In this document: positions 1 to 8,453 of the stretch, in pieces
Layout of the letters: every line of letters begins with the position of its first letter
How positions within the stretch are numbered: the first letter of the stretch is position 1
IMG/VR virus record: IMGVR_UViG_3300033489_000017
Location: 1 to 45,411 of that record
Length of the DNA stretch: 45,411 bases
From: a virus
Lineage: Duplodnaviria; Caudoviricetes
Reading direction: 5' to 3' (one strand)
Translations under genes and position numbers: made by a program
The notes under the pieces: model-generated
Databases searched by the model: none
Seen by the model: only the letters and a program-made list of their open reading frames with translations
What the model was told of the DNA's origin: nothing

Positions 1-127
1 TGCGCAAGCCAGACGGCTCAGCGATTGCGGCGGGCGATCTCGTGAACGGCGTGAAGCTGCCGGTTCGCGGGCTGGTCGATTGGAAGAAATCGGACGACGG
101 CAAGTGGATCAACGTGCTCGGCACACG
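1..127 (+). repeat. 127-nt terminal direct repeat, copy 1 (assembly circularisation overlap)
   Basis: Identical to 45285-45411; lies inside a coding frame; 127 is a common assembler k-mer size. Confidence 0.93.
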
Positions 128-152
128 GGCGGCGTAGCGCCGCGAGGGAGCG

Positions 153-347
153 ATGACGATGGATCACCGTGAGGAACTGTTGAAACGGTATCGACAACCG
201 ACATGGCGAGAACGCTTTGAAGAATGGCGGTGGTGGATCTGGTCTTGGCGCTTCTGGTTGTGGCGGTCTAAACACAAACTGATGCGCTGTGATGAGTGCC
301 ATCGCTGGCTGTTCTGGGGCGACCATTCGGGCCACGTGCCCTACTAG
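153..347 (+). CDS. Small Trp/Arg-rich hypothetical protein with CxxC
   Basis: GAGGGAG RBS before ATG; fits between the wrap-around ORF stop (137) and the next gene. Confidence 0.6.
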   Translation: MTMDHREELLKRYRQPTWRERFEEWRWWIWSWRFWLWRSKHKLMRCDECHRWLFWGDHSGHVPY

Positions 348-355
348 GAGAAAGC

Positions 356-1051
356 ATGACCGACACCGCGCTGACGCCCGCCGAAGGCGAACGATTGACA
401 GCGCTCGAGACGATTATCGAGCGCGGCATGGGCACGTTCGTGGACGTAGGCTCTGCCCTGCTGGCTATCCGTGATGAGCACCTGTACCGCAAGGGTTACG
501 CTACGTTTGAGCGATACGTCAACGCCCGCTGGAATATCACGCGGGGCCGGGCCTACCAACTTATCACAGCCGGACTTTTGCATACCCAGGTAGACATTCA
601 GAACGAACGGCAGGCGCGGGAACTCAAACGCCTCGAAACGCCTACCGAACGACGCATCGCCTGGGAATTGGCGAAGGAAGCAGGCGCGTCGATAGCGCCC
701 GGCAAGGATGTACCGACCGTCGCCGTCAAGGCCGCCGTTGACGCTATTTCTGAGGCGAAAGTCACCGAGGGTAACACCGATCCGGGAACCGGCGAGATGG
801 AAGCCATCTCGGCGCGTGTGACGCAGGAAGTCTACGAGTCAGTCCAGCGCCAACGACAGCACGTTCGTGAGCGCCTGGAAAAGCAGAACGGCACCGAGAA
901 CGACGCGAAATACACCGGCTCGTTCACGGTCGTGCACGTCGACGCCGGGCGCGGTTTCGTGACGTTGTGCGCGCCGGAACTGGCGGCGGCGCTTGGCGCG
1001 GGCGAGCGGGGGCAGTACGTTGTGTATATCAAGCAAGGAGTTGAGGCATGA
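356..1051 (+). CDS. Phage DNA-binding protein (DUF3102-like N-terminal helical domain)
   Basis: AGGAG RBS then ATG 356; motif LETIIERG..FVDVGSALLAIRD..LYR..Y.TFE.Y...RW..R.RAYQLI typical of this phage domain. Confidence 0.7.
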   Translation: MTDTALTPAEGERLTALETIIERGMGTFVDVGSALLAIRDEHLYRKGYATFERYVNARWNITRGRAYQLITAGLLHTQVDIQNERQARELKRLETPTERRIAWELAKEAGASIAPGKDVPTVAVKAAVDAISEAKVTEGNTDPGTGEMEAISARVTQEVYESVQRQRQHVRERLEKQNGTENDAKYTGSFTVVHVDAGRGFVTLCAPELAAALGAGERGQYVVYIKQGVEA

Positions 1052-1278
1052 CCGTTTATCGTCGCATCTGTGAAGTCTGCAACCATCCGTTTTCGCCCCG
1101 GCGCTCCGAAACGTGGCAGGCGTTCCACGAGCGCAAGTTCTGCTCGGTTGATTGTCTTGTGCGGGCGGGCCGGGCGAGCGCGCTGGAGGCCAACCGGAGT
1201 CTGCTCAATAACTATTCATACCGGCGGGCGCTCCGTGAAGCGCAAGCGCTCGTGCGCAAAGCGCGGGGGGCAGCATGA
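1048..1278 (+). CDS. Small zinc-finger protein
   Basis: CEVC...FCSVDC; ATGA overlap with upstream gene. Confidence 0.65.
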   Translation: MTVYRRICEVCNHPFSPRRSETWQAFHERKFCSVDCLVRAGRASALEANRSLLNNYSYRRALREAQALVRKARGAA

Positions 1279-1571
1279 ACAGACTACCTGAAGGTCTCGA
1301 GGAATTGACTGTCGATTTACTCATTGACGGACAGGACGGCTATGTCGTGCCCTGGGCGATGTGGGTTGACCTGGATCGGCGGATGTGGATACACCCTAAA
1401 TACGGCGTGGACAAAGAGCCTGGTGGAACTTGCCACATGCGCATTCAGCGCGAAGGTGATGTGATTGTGGTGTTTCAGAAGACCATCGGCGATCATCGCT
1501 ACACGCCGTCTGCTTTTCCGGGCTTCGTCAGCCCTGCGGATACGCAATATCTACCAGTGGTGCTGCGATGA
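1275..1571 (+). CDS. Hypothetical protein
   Basis: ATGA-coupled on both sides. Confidence 0.65.
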   Translation: MNRLPEGLEELTVDLLIDGQDGYVVPWAMWVDLDRRMWIHPKYGVDKEPGGTCHMRIQREGDVIVVFQKTIGDHRYTPSAFPGFVSPADTQYLPVVLR

Positions 1572-1948
1572 AAATCAGCCTGAAGACGTGGGACAAGCTG
1601 GTAGAAGAGTTCCGGCATGAAAATGCGACCTACATTGAGCGCATCGGTGCGACGCACGACCCGATGGAGATTGATCTTATCCTGGACGGCTTTACTGATG
1701 CAGCAGTCCATCTTGCTATCTATGTCATCGAACACCGCGCCGTCATCCGCGAGGCGCTGGCGCTGCACTCGGCGCTGTCGGCGGCGGACGACTTCTCGTG
1801 TTTCATGCTCGGCAAGGATGGCGATTCCTGGCACGCCTCCATCAATTCGGTGAGTAGTCGTCTCAGCGACCACGGCTACGGACAGGACGCCGAAGCGCTC
1901 AGAGCTATCGAGATGGCTCTAGAGACATGGAAGGAACGGCAGAAATGA
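1568..1948 (+). CDS. Hypothetical protein
   Basis: ATGA-coupled on both sides. Confidence 0.65.
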   Translation: MKISLKTWDKLVEEFRHENATYIERIGATHDPMEIDLILDGFTDAAVHLAIYVIEHRAVIREALALHSALSAADDFSCFMLGKDGDSWHASINSVSSRLSDHGYGQDAEALRAIEMALETWKERQK

Positions 1949-2097
1949 ACGCAGCCGAACGTCTCGCCCAGCGCGCCAAAGTCGAGCGCGCCGTGGCCGA
2001 GTTGACGGTGTGGTGCGACGGGCCGCGCAACGGCGTGCAGCCGTGCGACGTGCTGGCAAGGCTGCGGGCGGCGCTGGAGGGGGGGCGAGCATGTTGA
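1945..2097 (+). CDS. Hypothetical 50-aa protein (not in ORF track)
   Basis: ATGA overlap at 1945-1948; reads MNAAERLAQRAKVERAVAELTVWCDG...GRAC*. Confidence 0.55.
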   Translation: MNAAERLAQRAKVERAVAELTVWCDGPRNGVQPCDVLARLRAALEGGRAC

Positions 2098-2303
2098 GCA
2101 CGACTAGCCGCCTGGAGCAAATCGAGCGCCGCAAACGCGAAATCAAGCAGGAAGTCAGACTGTTGACCATCGAAAGTCTGGCGCTCGAAGATGAGGAATG
2201 GGAACTCAGAAAGGGCGATTACCTAATTAGCGGCGTCAAGCGCGACGCCGAACGGGCGGTGTACGCCGCCAGCGACTGCGACGAAGGGACGTCGGGCGCA
2301 TGA
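2091..2303 (+). CDS. Hypothetical coiled-coil protein
   Basis: GGAGG-type RBS, ATG 2091 (MLSTTSRLEQ), ATGA-coupled to next gene. Confidence 0.55.
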   Translation: MLSTTSRLEQIERRKREIKQEVRLLTIESLALEDEEWELRKGDYLISGVKRDAERAVYAASDCDEGTSGA

Positions 2304-2509
2304 GCGACTTTAACGCACCAAAGGTGACAACATTTAGCTGCGGACATCTGGAATACCCGAAAGACACGGACGACCATTTCGACACTCTGGAAGAAGCCGA
2401 GGAGTCCGCTATCGATGGTTCTATCGATGATAGTGCCTGGGACGTCTGGGAAGATGAAACCGGCGACTTGTGCAGCATCGCCTACGGGCGACAGTTGTTT
2501 TACTCGTGA
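2300..2509 (+). CDS. Small acidic hypothetical protein
   Basis: Coupled start/stop overlaps on both sides. Confidence 0.6.
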   Translation: MSDFNAPKVTTFSCGHLEYPKDTDDHFDTLEEAEESAIDGSIDDSAWDVWEDETGDLCSIAYGRQLFYS

Positions 2510-3219
2510 CGCCGCCGACGCGCGGGCGCGGGCGGGCGACGCCGCTTGACGCGGCGCGGGGGCCCGCGCGCGACGTGCTCTGTATCGACGCGGTAGCGGG
2601 CTGCCGGCTCATCGAACCGGATAGCGTCGATATGATCTTCACCGATCCGCCTTATAACCGCGACAGTCTGCCTCTTTATGAAACGGTTGCGATCTGTGCG
2701 GCACGGGTGCTCATGCCGGGTAAATTCCTGCTTGCGATGTCCGGCGGGCTGTACCAGGACGAAATAATGGCGGCCATGAGTAGACATCTAACCTACTACT
2801 GGACATTTCACGTCTATCTGTCTGGTAGTGCGACAGGTGAGGTACATCCCGGCGGCAACCACAAACCTATCATCACTCGCGTCAAGCCGATCCATGCTTT
2901 CGTCAAAGGCTGGGGCGAACCACGCACCGTGATTTATGACCCGTTCAGCGGCGACGGCAACGATAAAAGGTTCCACCATTGGGGGCAGGACGCCAAGAGC
3001 GCCCGCTACTACATTGACTGCTTCACGAACGAGGGCGATCTCGTGCTTGACCCGTTCTGCGGAGGCGGCACAACGCCGCTCGTTTGCCAGGCGCTCAAAC
3101 GCCAGTACATTGCCTTCGACAGCGATCCAGAGGCGATAGAGACAACTCGAGCTCGCTTACGCAACCCGCTCTTCGCGCCGGAGGCGAACGGACAATTGCG
3201 GATGGAGTTTGTAAAGTGA
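2506..3219 (+). CDS. Orphan N6-adenine/N4-cytosine DNA methyltransferase (beta class)
   Basis: Catalytic motif IFTDPPY precedes SAM-binding VLDPFCGGGTT; GTG start overlapping upstream stop. Confidence 0.9.
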   Translation: MTPPTRGRGRATPLDAARGPARDVLCIDAVAGCRLIEPDSVDMIFTDPPYNRDSLPLYETVAICAARVLMPGKFLLAMSGGLYQDEIMAAMSRHLTYYWTFHVYLSGSATGEVHPGGNHKPIITRVKPIHAFVKGWGEPRTVIYDPFSGDGNDKRFHHWGQDAKSARYYIDCFTNEGDLVLDPFCGGGTTPLVCQALKRQYIAFDSDPEAIETTRARLRNPLFAPEANGQLRMEFVK

Positions 3220-3224
3220 CTTTG

Positions 3225-3253
3225 TTGACTCGCAAGCGCACCTGTGCTAGACT
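3225..3253 (+). promoter_or_regulatory. Sigma70-type promoter for the replication operon
   Basis: TTGACT (3225-3230), 17 bp, TAGACT (3248-3253) with extended TG. Confidence 0.7.
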
Positions 3254-3254
3254 A

Positions 3255-3425
3255 CCAGTACAACTGAACGGACAATCGTTGTTCAGTGTCGGTACTGGCG
3301 TGACTTCCAGAGCCGATGCGCAAAAGGCAACGGTTGGATATAGTAAGACGCAAAAGGCGCAGGTCTTGTGTCCCTGGCTTACTACAGGGAAAGTCACCAC
3401 AAGGCAGGCGCCTTTTGCGCGTCTA
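3255..3425 (+). ncRNA. Structured leader / C4-CI-like antisense element upstream of the initiator
   Basis: Nested hairpins whose unpaired segments CTTACTA and AAGTCAC are complementary to upstream TAGTAAG and GTGACTT. Confidence 0.55.
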
Positions 3426-3436
3426 GGGGGTTAGAC

Positions 3437-4954
3437 GTGAGCGTTCGTGTTATGACCAGGGTATGGGATGAGTCAAAGCAGGAGGATAACTATCGGCTTC
3501 TGTTGCTGGCAATCGCTGACAACGCCAACGATGACGGCGTAGCGTGGCCCGGTCTGGAGCACCTGCAAAACAAAATCCTCAAAAGCGAGAGCCAGACGCG
3601 GCGTATCCGCGATGTGCTCATTCAGTCCAGGGAAGTCTACTATGCCACCGCCGTTGGACGCGGCAACAAATGCTGTTACTTCGTCATGACGGGTCTGGGT
3701 CGGGAGAGGATTGAGAAAGTCCTCATTGAATACTTCGGTATTCCCTCCGAAAAGGTGTCATCTGAGGCTGATCTGATTCTTGCCAGACCGATAAAAGGTG
3801 TCAGTAATACCTCTAAAAAGGTGTCATCTGAACGTCTAAAAGGTGTCATCACTGAGCGTGAATCGGGGACAACCGTAGAACCGTATACAGAACCGTATTT
3901 AGATTCTTCTTTCACTAACGTTCAAGAAGAATCTCTCGCGGATCGCTCCAAAGCCCTTGAACCCGAATACGATGACATACAAAGCAAGGCATTAGACGCC
4001 TACAAACAACAGCACGCCGTCGCGGCGCTATCCCTGCCGGAGTGCGAGGGGGAGATCGCCGCCCCGCCCGCCGCCCCGCCGCCGCCGATGGGCGAGCGTC
4101 CCGAATGGTTCCGCAAGATGCAGGCCGACTGTCAACTGCCCGACGGGCCGAAACGTGAAGCGGCTAAAGAAGCGGATCGCGGCCTCTACACGCCGGGCGA
4201 AGTGCAGGTGCACCGCGGGCGCGTGGCGATAGCCGACGCCGACGGCAACATGCGCCCGGCGCCGAAGGAGCGCACGCCGGTGAACACGCTGCACGCCTGG
4301 ATGAATGAACTTGCCGGGGAATCCGTCAACGGACATCCCGTTGCACTACCTCAACAAGACCCGCCGATTGGCTATGAATGGTTGTATTCGACAGGTTCTA
4401 GGGCCATCGTCCATCTCATTAAGGCGCATTCTGATTACGCCAAAGCACGCACCCTCTGTAAAAAGAGTGTCGTTGCACGTATCTACTACAACGAGTTTTT
4501 AGCCTGCGTGACACGACCGCCTTGCCCCGACTGCCTGCGCCTGGCCGCCGAAGCGAGCGCGCCGAAAGCGCCGAAGCAGCGCAAGGCGACGGAACCACGA
4601 CCTCGCGATCCCGTCTTCGATGTCATTGCCAGCGTCTACCACAAGCTGGACAAAGTACCGGCAAAGTCGGGCAAGTGGATAGGGGCGGAAACGGCTATCG
4701 TGCGGGGCTGCCAGCCGGACGGCATGACGGACGAGCAACTGGTCCTTGATCTCAAGGCGCTGCCAGCCTGGTACAAAATCCATCATCCCAAGATGGACTT
4801 GCCCAAAAAGGGCGAGAAGATTTGCGGCTATCTCAAGGAGATGCGCGACAACCTGCACAACACCGGCAACGGCAAGGTGGGGCACTACGAGGAAAAAGAA
4901 GTGCAGCCCGGCATCTGGAAAAACGTGTGGGTGAAACATGAACAACCAGTCTGA
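3437..4954 (+). CDS. Replication initiator with N-terminal winged HTH (HTH_36 / lambda O-like organisation)
   Basis: MSVRVMTRVW...LLLLAIADNANDDG.AWPG motif; internal iterons; directly upstream of DnaB; GTG start after AGGGGG. Confidence 0.8.
   Translation: MSVRVMTRVWDESKQEDNYRLLLLAIADNANDDGVAWPGLEHLQNKILKSESQTRRIRDVLIQSREVYYATAVGRGNKCCYFVMTGLGRERIEKVLIEYFGIPSEKVSSEADLILARPIKGVSNTSKKVSSERLKGVITERESGTTVEPYTEPYLDSSFTNVQEESLADRSKALEPEYDDIQSKALDAYKQQHAVAALSLPECEGEIAAPPAAPPPPMGERPEWFRKMQADCQLPDGPKREAAKEADRGLYTPGEVQVHRGRVAIADADGNMRPAPKERTPVNTLHAWMNELAGESVNGHPVALPQQDPPIGYEWLYSTGSRAIVHLIKAHSDYAKARTLCKKSVVARIYYNEFLACVTRPPCPDCLRLAAEASAPKAPKQRKATEPRPRDPVFDVIASVYHKLDKVPAKSGKWIGAETAIVRGCQPDGMTDEQLVLDLKALPAWYKIHHPKMDLPKKGEKICGYLKEMRDNLHNTGNGKVGHYEEKEVQPGIWKNVWVKHEQPV
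3750..3925. repeat. Replication origin: four AAAAGGTGTCA iterons, three AACCGTA repeats and an AT-rich stretch
   Basis: AAAAGGTGTCA at 3750, 3793, 3816 and 3838 inside the initiator gene; AACCGTA x3 at about 3871-3897. Confidence 0.8.
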
Positions 4955-6386
4955 TTATAACCCGCCCGTCATCGAGCCAGCCGAGCTTGGCCCGAATGCT
5001 GAGGAGGCCGAGCGTATCGTGCTCGGAATGTGTCTGGACGATACCCGCATTTTCCCGCGTATCGCGCCCAAAATCCAGGCGTCGCACTTCTATTTTTTGC
5101 GCAACGGGTACATCTTCCAGGCCATGCAGAACATCTATGAGCGGGATGAAGATGTACACATGCTGGCCGTCATTTATGAACTCCGGCGCCTGGGCAAACT
5201 GGACGAGATCGGGGGCGTCAATTACCTGTCGCACCTGACTGAGGAGCCGTTAGTAGAACAAAAGGAACTGGCCGAGGTCATGGCTGGCCTTATCTTTGCC
5301 GCCGCTATTCGCTGCCAGCTTATGAACGCCTGCGGTGGCATCGCCAGCCGGGCGTGCAAAGAGAACGCCGTTCTATCTGAAATCGTCGAGTTCACGGAAA
5401 TGAGCATCTACGGCATTACGCGGCAAGTCACGGCAGACGGCGGCCAGGGGGAAGTATCGTCGGCTCAGGCCGCCAGCGTGGCGGCGGATCGTCTGCTGGC
5501 CTACACCCAAGATCAGCAGAACGTTCGCGGGTATTCGTCGGGTATTACGAAACTGGACGCGGCGCTGCACGGCATTCAGCCGGAAGGCGATCTGATCGGC
5601 GTTATCGGGCGGTCGGGCGCGGGTAAAACGACGGTCATGTGTCAGTTTGCCATAGCCGCTCTTGAAGCCGGGATCAAGGTAGTGCTGTTTCCCACCGAAC
5701 AGACGGTCGATCAGTACATGCTCAATCTGGTTAGCCATTATCTCAAGCGGCCGCTAGACGACCTGTACGCCGGACGCATCGCGCATGACGACATCTTGCA
5801 CGCTGAACAGGTTATCAAAGCCTGGCCTCTGACGTTCTACGACCGCACCGGGCCGTCGCCGTCACAGGTGACATCCTTTACCCGCGAGAAACGGCGCGAG
5901 GGGCTGTGCGATCTGGTGCTCGTGGATGGACTCAGCGATATGTTCAGTCCGGCCAAAGACACCTATCAGAAGACGGTTGAATGCATGACCGCGCTGCACA
6001 GTCTGATGCGTGATAAAATCCCGGTAGTATTCACCGTGCAAACAAATCGCGGCCCGGCCAAGCGCAGCAACAAACATCCGCTGCCCTCGGACGCGCAGGG
6101 TGGTGAAATCATCTTTCAAAAGTGTACGCGCTTCCTGTCGCTGTATCGGCCCGGCTACGACGTGGAAACGGGCGAAATCGAAGAAAGCGACCTGGACGCC
6201 AAGTACGACCCGGACTACGTAGAAATCAGGGTGGTCAAAGATAGGTGGTTCAACGCGCAGGGTTCGACGGTGAAGGCGATCTGGATAGCCGGGCGCGGCT
6301 TGCAGGACGCCAGCGCGCGGGCAACGGACAACGGCAACGGACGCGCGCCCGTCGCGGCGGGCGCATGGAGAGGCGGTGAGAGATGA
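4938..6386 (+). CDS. dnaB: DnaB-like replicative helicase
   Basis: DnaB N-domain (EAERIVLG..L), Walker A GRSGAGKT, Walker B LVLVD, QxNR motif, C-terminal KxR. Confidence 0.9.
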   Translation: MNNQSDYNPPVIEPAELGPNAEEAERIVLGMCLDDTRIFPRIAPKIQASHFYFLRNGYIFQAMQNIYERDEDVHMLAVIYELRRLGKLDEIGGVNYLSHLTEEPLVEQKELAEVMAGLIFAAAIRCQLMNACGGIASRACKENAVLSEIVEFTEMSIYGITRQVTADGGQGEVSSAQAASVAADRLLAYTQDQQNVRGYSSGITKLDAALHGIQPEGDLIGVIGRSGAGKTTVMCQFAIAALEAGIKVVLFPTEQTVDQYMLNLVSHYLKRPLDDLYAGRIAHDDILHAEQVIKAWPLTFYDRTGPSPSQVTSFTREKRREGLCDLVLVDGLSDMFSPAKDTYQKTVECMTALHSLMRDKIPVVFTVQTNRGPAKRSNKHPLPSDAQGGEIIFQKCTRFLSLYRPGYDVETGEIEESDLDAKYDPDYVEIRVVKDRWFNAQGSTVKAIWIAGRGLQDASARATDNGNGRAPVAAGAWRGGER

Positions 6387-6610
6387 CGCATCAAATCAAC
6401 GTTTCAGATAAATTTTTCGATGCCATAATCGCCTATGGGGCGGCCCGCGTGCGCCAATATGCGGCACAGATATATGAACAGACGACTGGAAGTCCAGAGG
6501 TCGACGAAAAGCTCTGTAAAAGCGACGGGCAAGTTGTAAGAACTAGTGAAGCGCTGCTTCGGGCGGCGGAAGCCTGGTACAAGACTTATGGGAAGGATAG
6601 CGAGCTATGA
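6383..6610 (+). CDS. Hypothetical protein
   Basis: ATGA-coupled on both sides. Confidence 0.6.
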   Translation: MTHQINVSDKFFDAIIAYGAARVRQYAAQIYEQTTGSPEVDEKLCKSDGQVVRTSEALLRAAEAWYKTYGKDSEL

Positions 6611-7095
6611 AAGACAACTGGCGTAACATGCCCGCAGGCGCAGCGCTCGACCGGCGCGTGGCGGAGCGGTTGGGCTATCGGGTTGAACGAGCGATGTACG
6701 CTCCCTATCCTTCGCCAGTGTGGGTTTTAACTCGCCCCGGCGATCATGGCGAGAAGGAATTTATCTCGGATTTTGGGTGGACATTAGACGAGGCGTGGTC
6801 ATGGGCATTCGACCCTGAAATAGAGATCGACGGGGAGATTGTATCTCTTGTTCCTCTTTACTCCCGCGACGCCTCCGTACCGCTGCCGCTGGCGGAGGGC
6901 GAAGAGATTGAGATACACGAACTCTGGTCGGGGACGTTCGCGGCCCGATGCAACCAGCCGCTTTCGAGCAGACTGGCCGAGACGCAGGGCGAACTGATGA
7001 CCGCCGACACGCTGGCGCTGGCGCGTCTGCGGGCGTGGCTGGCGCACGACGATGCGAAACGGGGAGACGAAAACGAGGTAAAGACTGATGTATAA
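6607..7095 (+). CDS. Phage ABA-sandwich-like protein
   Basis: AG.ALD..VAE.LG start, P.YS.D motif and ADT.ALA..RA.L end characteristic of the family. Confidence 0.65.
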   Translation: MKDNWRNMPAGAALDRRVAERLGYRVERAMYAPYPSPVWVLTRPGDHGEKEFISDFGWTLDEAWSWAFDPEIEIDGEIVSLVPLYSRDASVPLPLAEGEEIEIHELWSGTFAARCNQPLSSRLAETQGELMTADTLALARLRAWLAHDDAKRGDENEVKTDV

Positions 7096-7336
7096 ATTGA
7101 GGCTAACGACAACCTGGGGGCCGCACCCTTTCGAGCCGCGTTACGAAGTAATTGGCAGCGTGCGCACAGAGGAAGATGCAATAAAGGCTATTGGCGCTGA
7201 ATGCGAGCGCTATTATCCTGGAAGATGGAAACAAAATAAAGGCACTCTACAATTTATCCATCAACTGGGCCGGCCCGGCGATCCTGTCATTGCCTACATT
7301 AGCATCACCGATGACGGCGACAACTGGTCGATATAG
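7088..7336 (+). CDS. Hypothetical protein
   Basis: GAGG RBS, overlaps upstream stop. Confidence 0.55.
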   Translation: MYKLRLTTTWGPHPFEPRYEVIGSVRTEEDAIKAIGAECERYYPGRWKQNKGTLQFIHQLGRPGDPVIAYISITDDGDNWSI

Positions 7337-7373
7337 AGTCGGACGCGAAACGGAACGGGAGCGAGGGGGATCG

Positions 7374-7736
7374 ATGAAAACTGTAACAGTGAAGGCGCAC
7401 TATACAATATCTAAACTAAGCTGGTGGCGTCGGTTGCTGCGCATCCCGACCTGGCAGCCAATGGTTATCACCTTTGACGAGCCGTTAACTCCGGTCGCCG
7501 GGGATCACCTCACGATCTTCTATCCTGAGCGCCTAGAATGGGATCGACATGGCGGTGCTAACGGCGCGATCAACGTGCGTATCGAAACGGAAGAATCCGG
7601 GCAATCGTCGGAAGTGGCGACAGAGCGTCGCGTCATCCTCGACGACGAGGGCGTGTGGCGCTTCGCCGGTGAACCCGCCGCGCCCGCCTTCAACGAGCAC
7701 GTGCCGAGCGCCGCCGACTTCGCCGAGGGGGAGTAG
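7374..7736 (+). CDS. Hypothetical protein
   Basis: GAGGGGG RBS then ATG 7374 (MKTVTVKAHY). Confidence 0.55.
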   Translation: MKTVTVKAHYTISKLSWWRRLLRIPTWQPMVITFDEPLTPVAGDHLTIFYPERLEWDRHGGANGAINVRIETEESGQSSEVATERRVILDDEGVWRFAGEPAAPAFNEHVPSAADFAEGE

Positions 7737-7739
7737 CCG

Positions 7740-7958
7740 ATGACCCAAAACAAGGACGCGATACTTTCATCGTGTGCGCGTATGCGTGACGTTCTTCTAG
7801 ATTCTAAGGACGGAGACACGCAAACAGCGCACAAGCAGGCGGATGTGCTTCTTGTCCGGTTATGTCTTCTTCTAGCCGAGGAATCCGACGAGGACATTTT
7901 GCGCGCAGTCGTAGAAGCTATGAACTACTATGACGAAATGGACAAATGGTATGCGTGA
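7740..7958 (+). CDS. Hypothetical protein
   Basis: GGGGAG RBS; HxxAD and C-terminal KWYA pattern seen in small phage proteins. Confidence 0.6.
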   Translation: MTQNKDAILSSCARMRDVLLDSKDGDTQTAHKQADVLLVRLCLLLAEESDEDILRAVVEAMNYYDEMDKWYA

Positions 7959-7992
7959 AGGTAGCGACACGGTGCAGGGAGACGAGTAGCCT

Positions 7993-8223
7993 ATGGCACG
8001 ACACGCCAAAGTTCGCTATGCGGTCTTTGAATTCCTCAAAACGTTCAAAGAGGAAAACGACGGCATCAGTCCGACCTATGCCGAGATCGCCAGGCATTTC
8101 GGTTGGTCAAGTGAGACGACCGCTTGGTGGCACGTGGATCGCCTTGACCGTGAGCATCTGGTATACCTCGACACCGAACGCCGTATCACGTTACCTGGCG
8201 GTGAATACATCCCCCCGGACTGA
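7993..8223 (+). CDS. Stand-alone LexA-type DNA-binding domain protein
   Basis: VFEFL..F..E..ISPTYAEIARHFG.SS.TTA..HV..L fits the LexA N-terminal wHTH; no peptidase domain. Confidence 0.8.
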   Translation: MARHAKVRYAVFEFLKTFKEENDGISPTYAEIARHFGWSSETTAWWHVDRLDREHLVYLDTERRITLPGGEYIPPD

Positions 8224-8247
8224 AATTTCTTTCCTTGTGTTTTCTTA

Positions 8248-8265
8248 CTAGCAAAGGTCTGCTAG
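8248..8265. promoter_or_regulatory. Palindromic operator TAGCA-N6-TGCTA (same geometry as the immunity-region operator)
   Basis: cTAGCAaaggtcTGCTAg versus gTAGCAgaattcTGCTAc at 38830-38847. Confidence 0.55.
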
Positions 8266-8291
8266 TAAAACCCTATTCTTCACAAGCCACC

Positions 8292-8332
8292 AGACGCGCC
8301 CTAGAATGATTACCAGGGCGCGTCTTTATTTT
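8292..8332 (+). terminator. Intrinsic terminator between early and late regions
   Basis: 11-bp stem AGACGCGCCCT/AGGGCGCGTCT followed by TTATTTT. Confidence 0.75.
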
Positions 8333-8453
8333 GTCCATTCGGCGCGATTCGGTCTGGGTCTCAGGCGCGCCCGACCAGACGGTTGAATGCCGGAGCCACG
8401 TTACAAGGACTCGTGAACGGTGTGGCCTGTGTGGCCCGGCGCTGTGGAGGCGG

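Noticed and set aside
1-127. Terminal repeat as a biological direct terminal repeat
   Set aside because: Exactly 127 nt, inside a gene and far from the terminase region; best explained as assembler overlap
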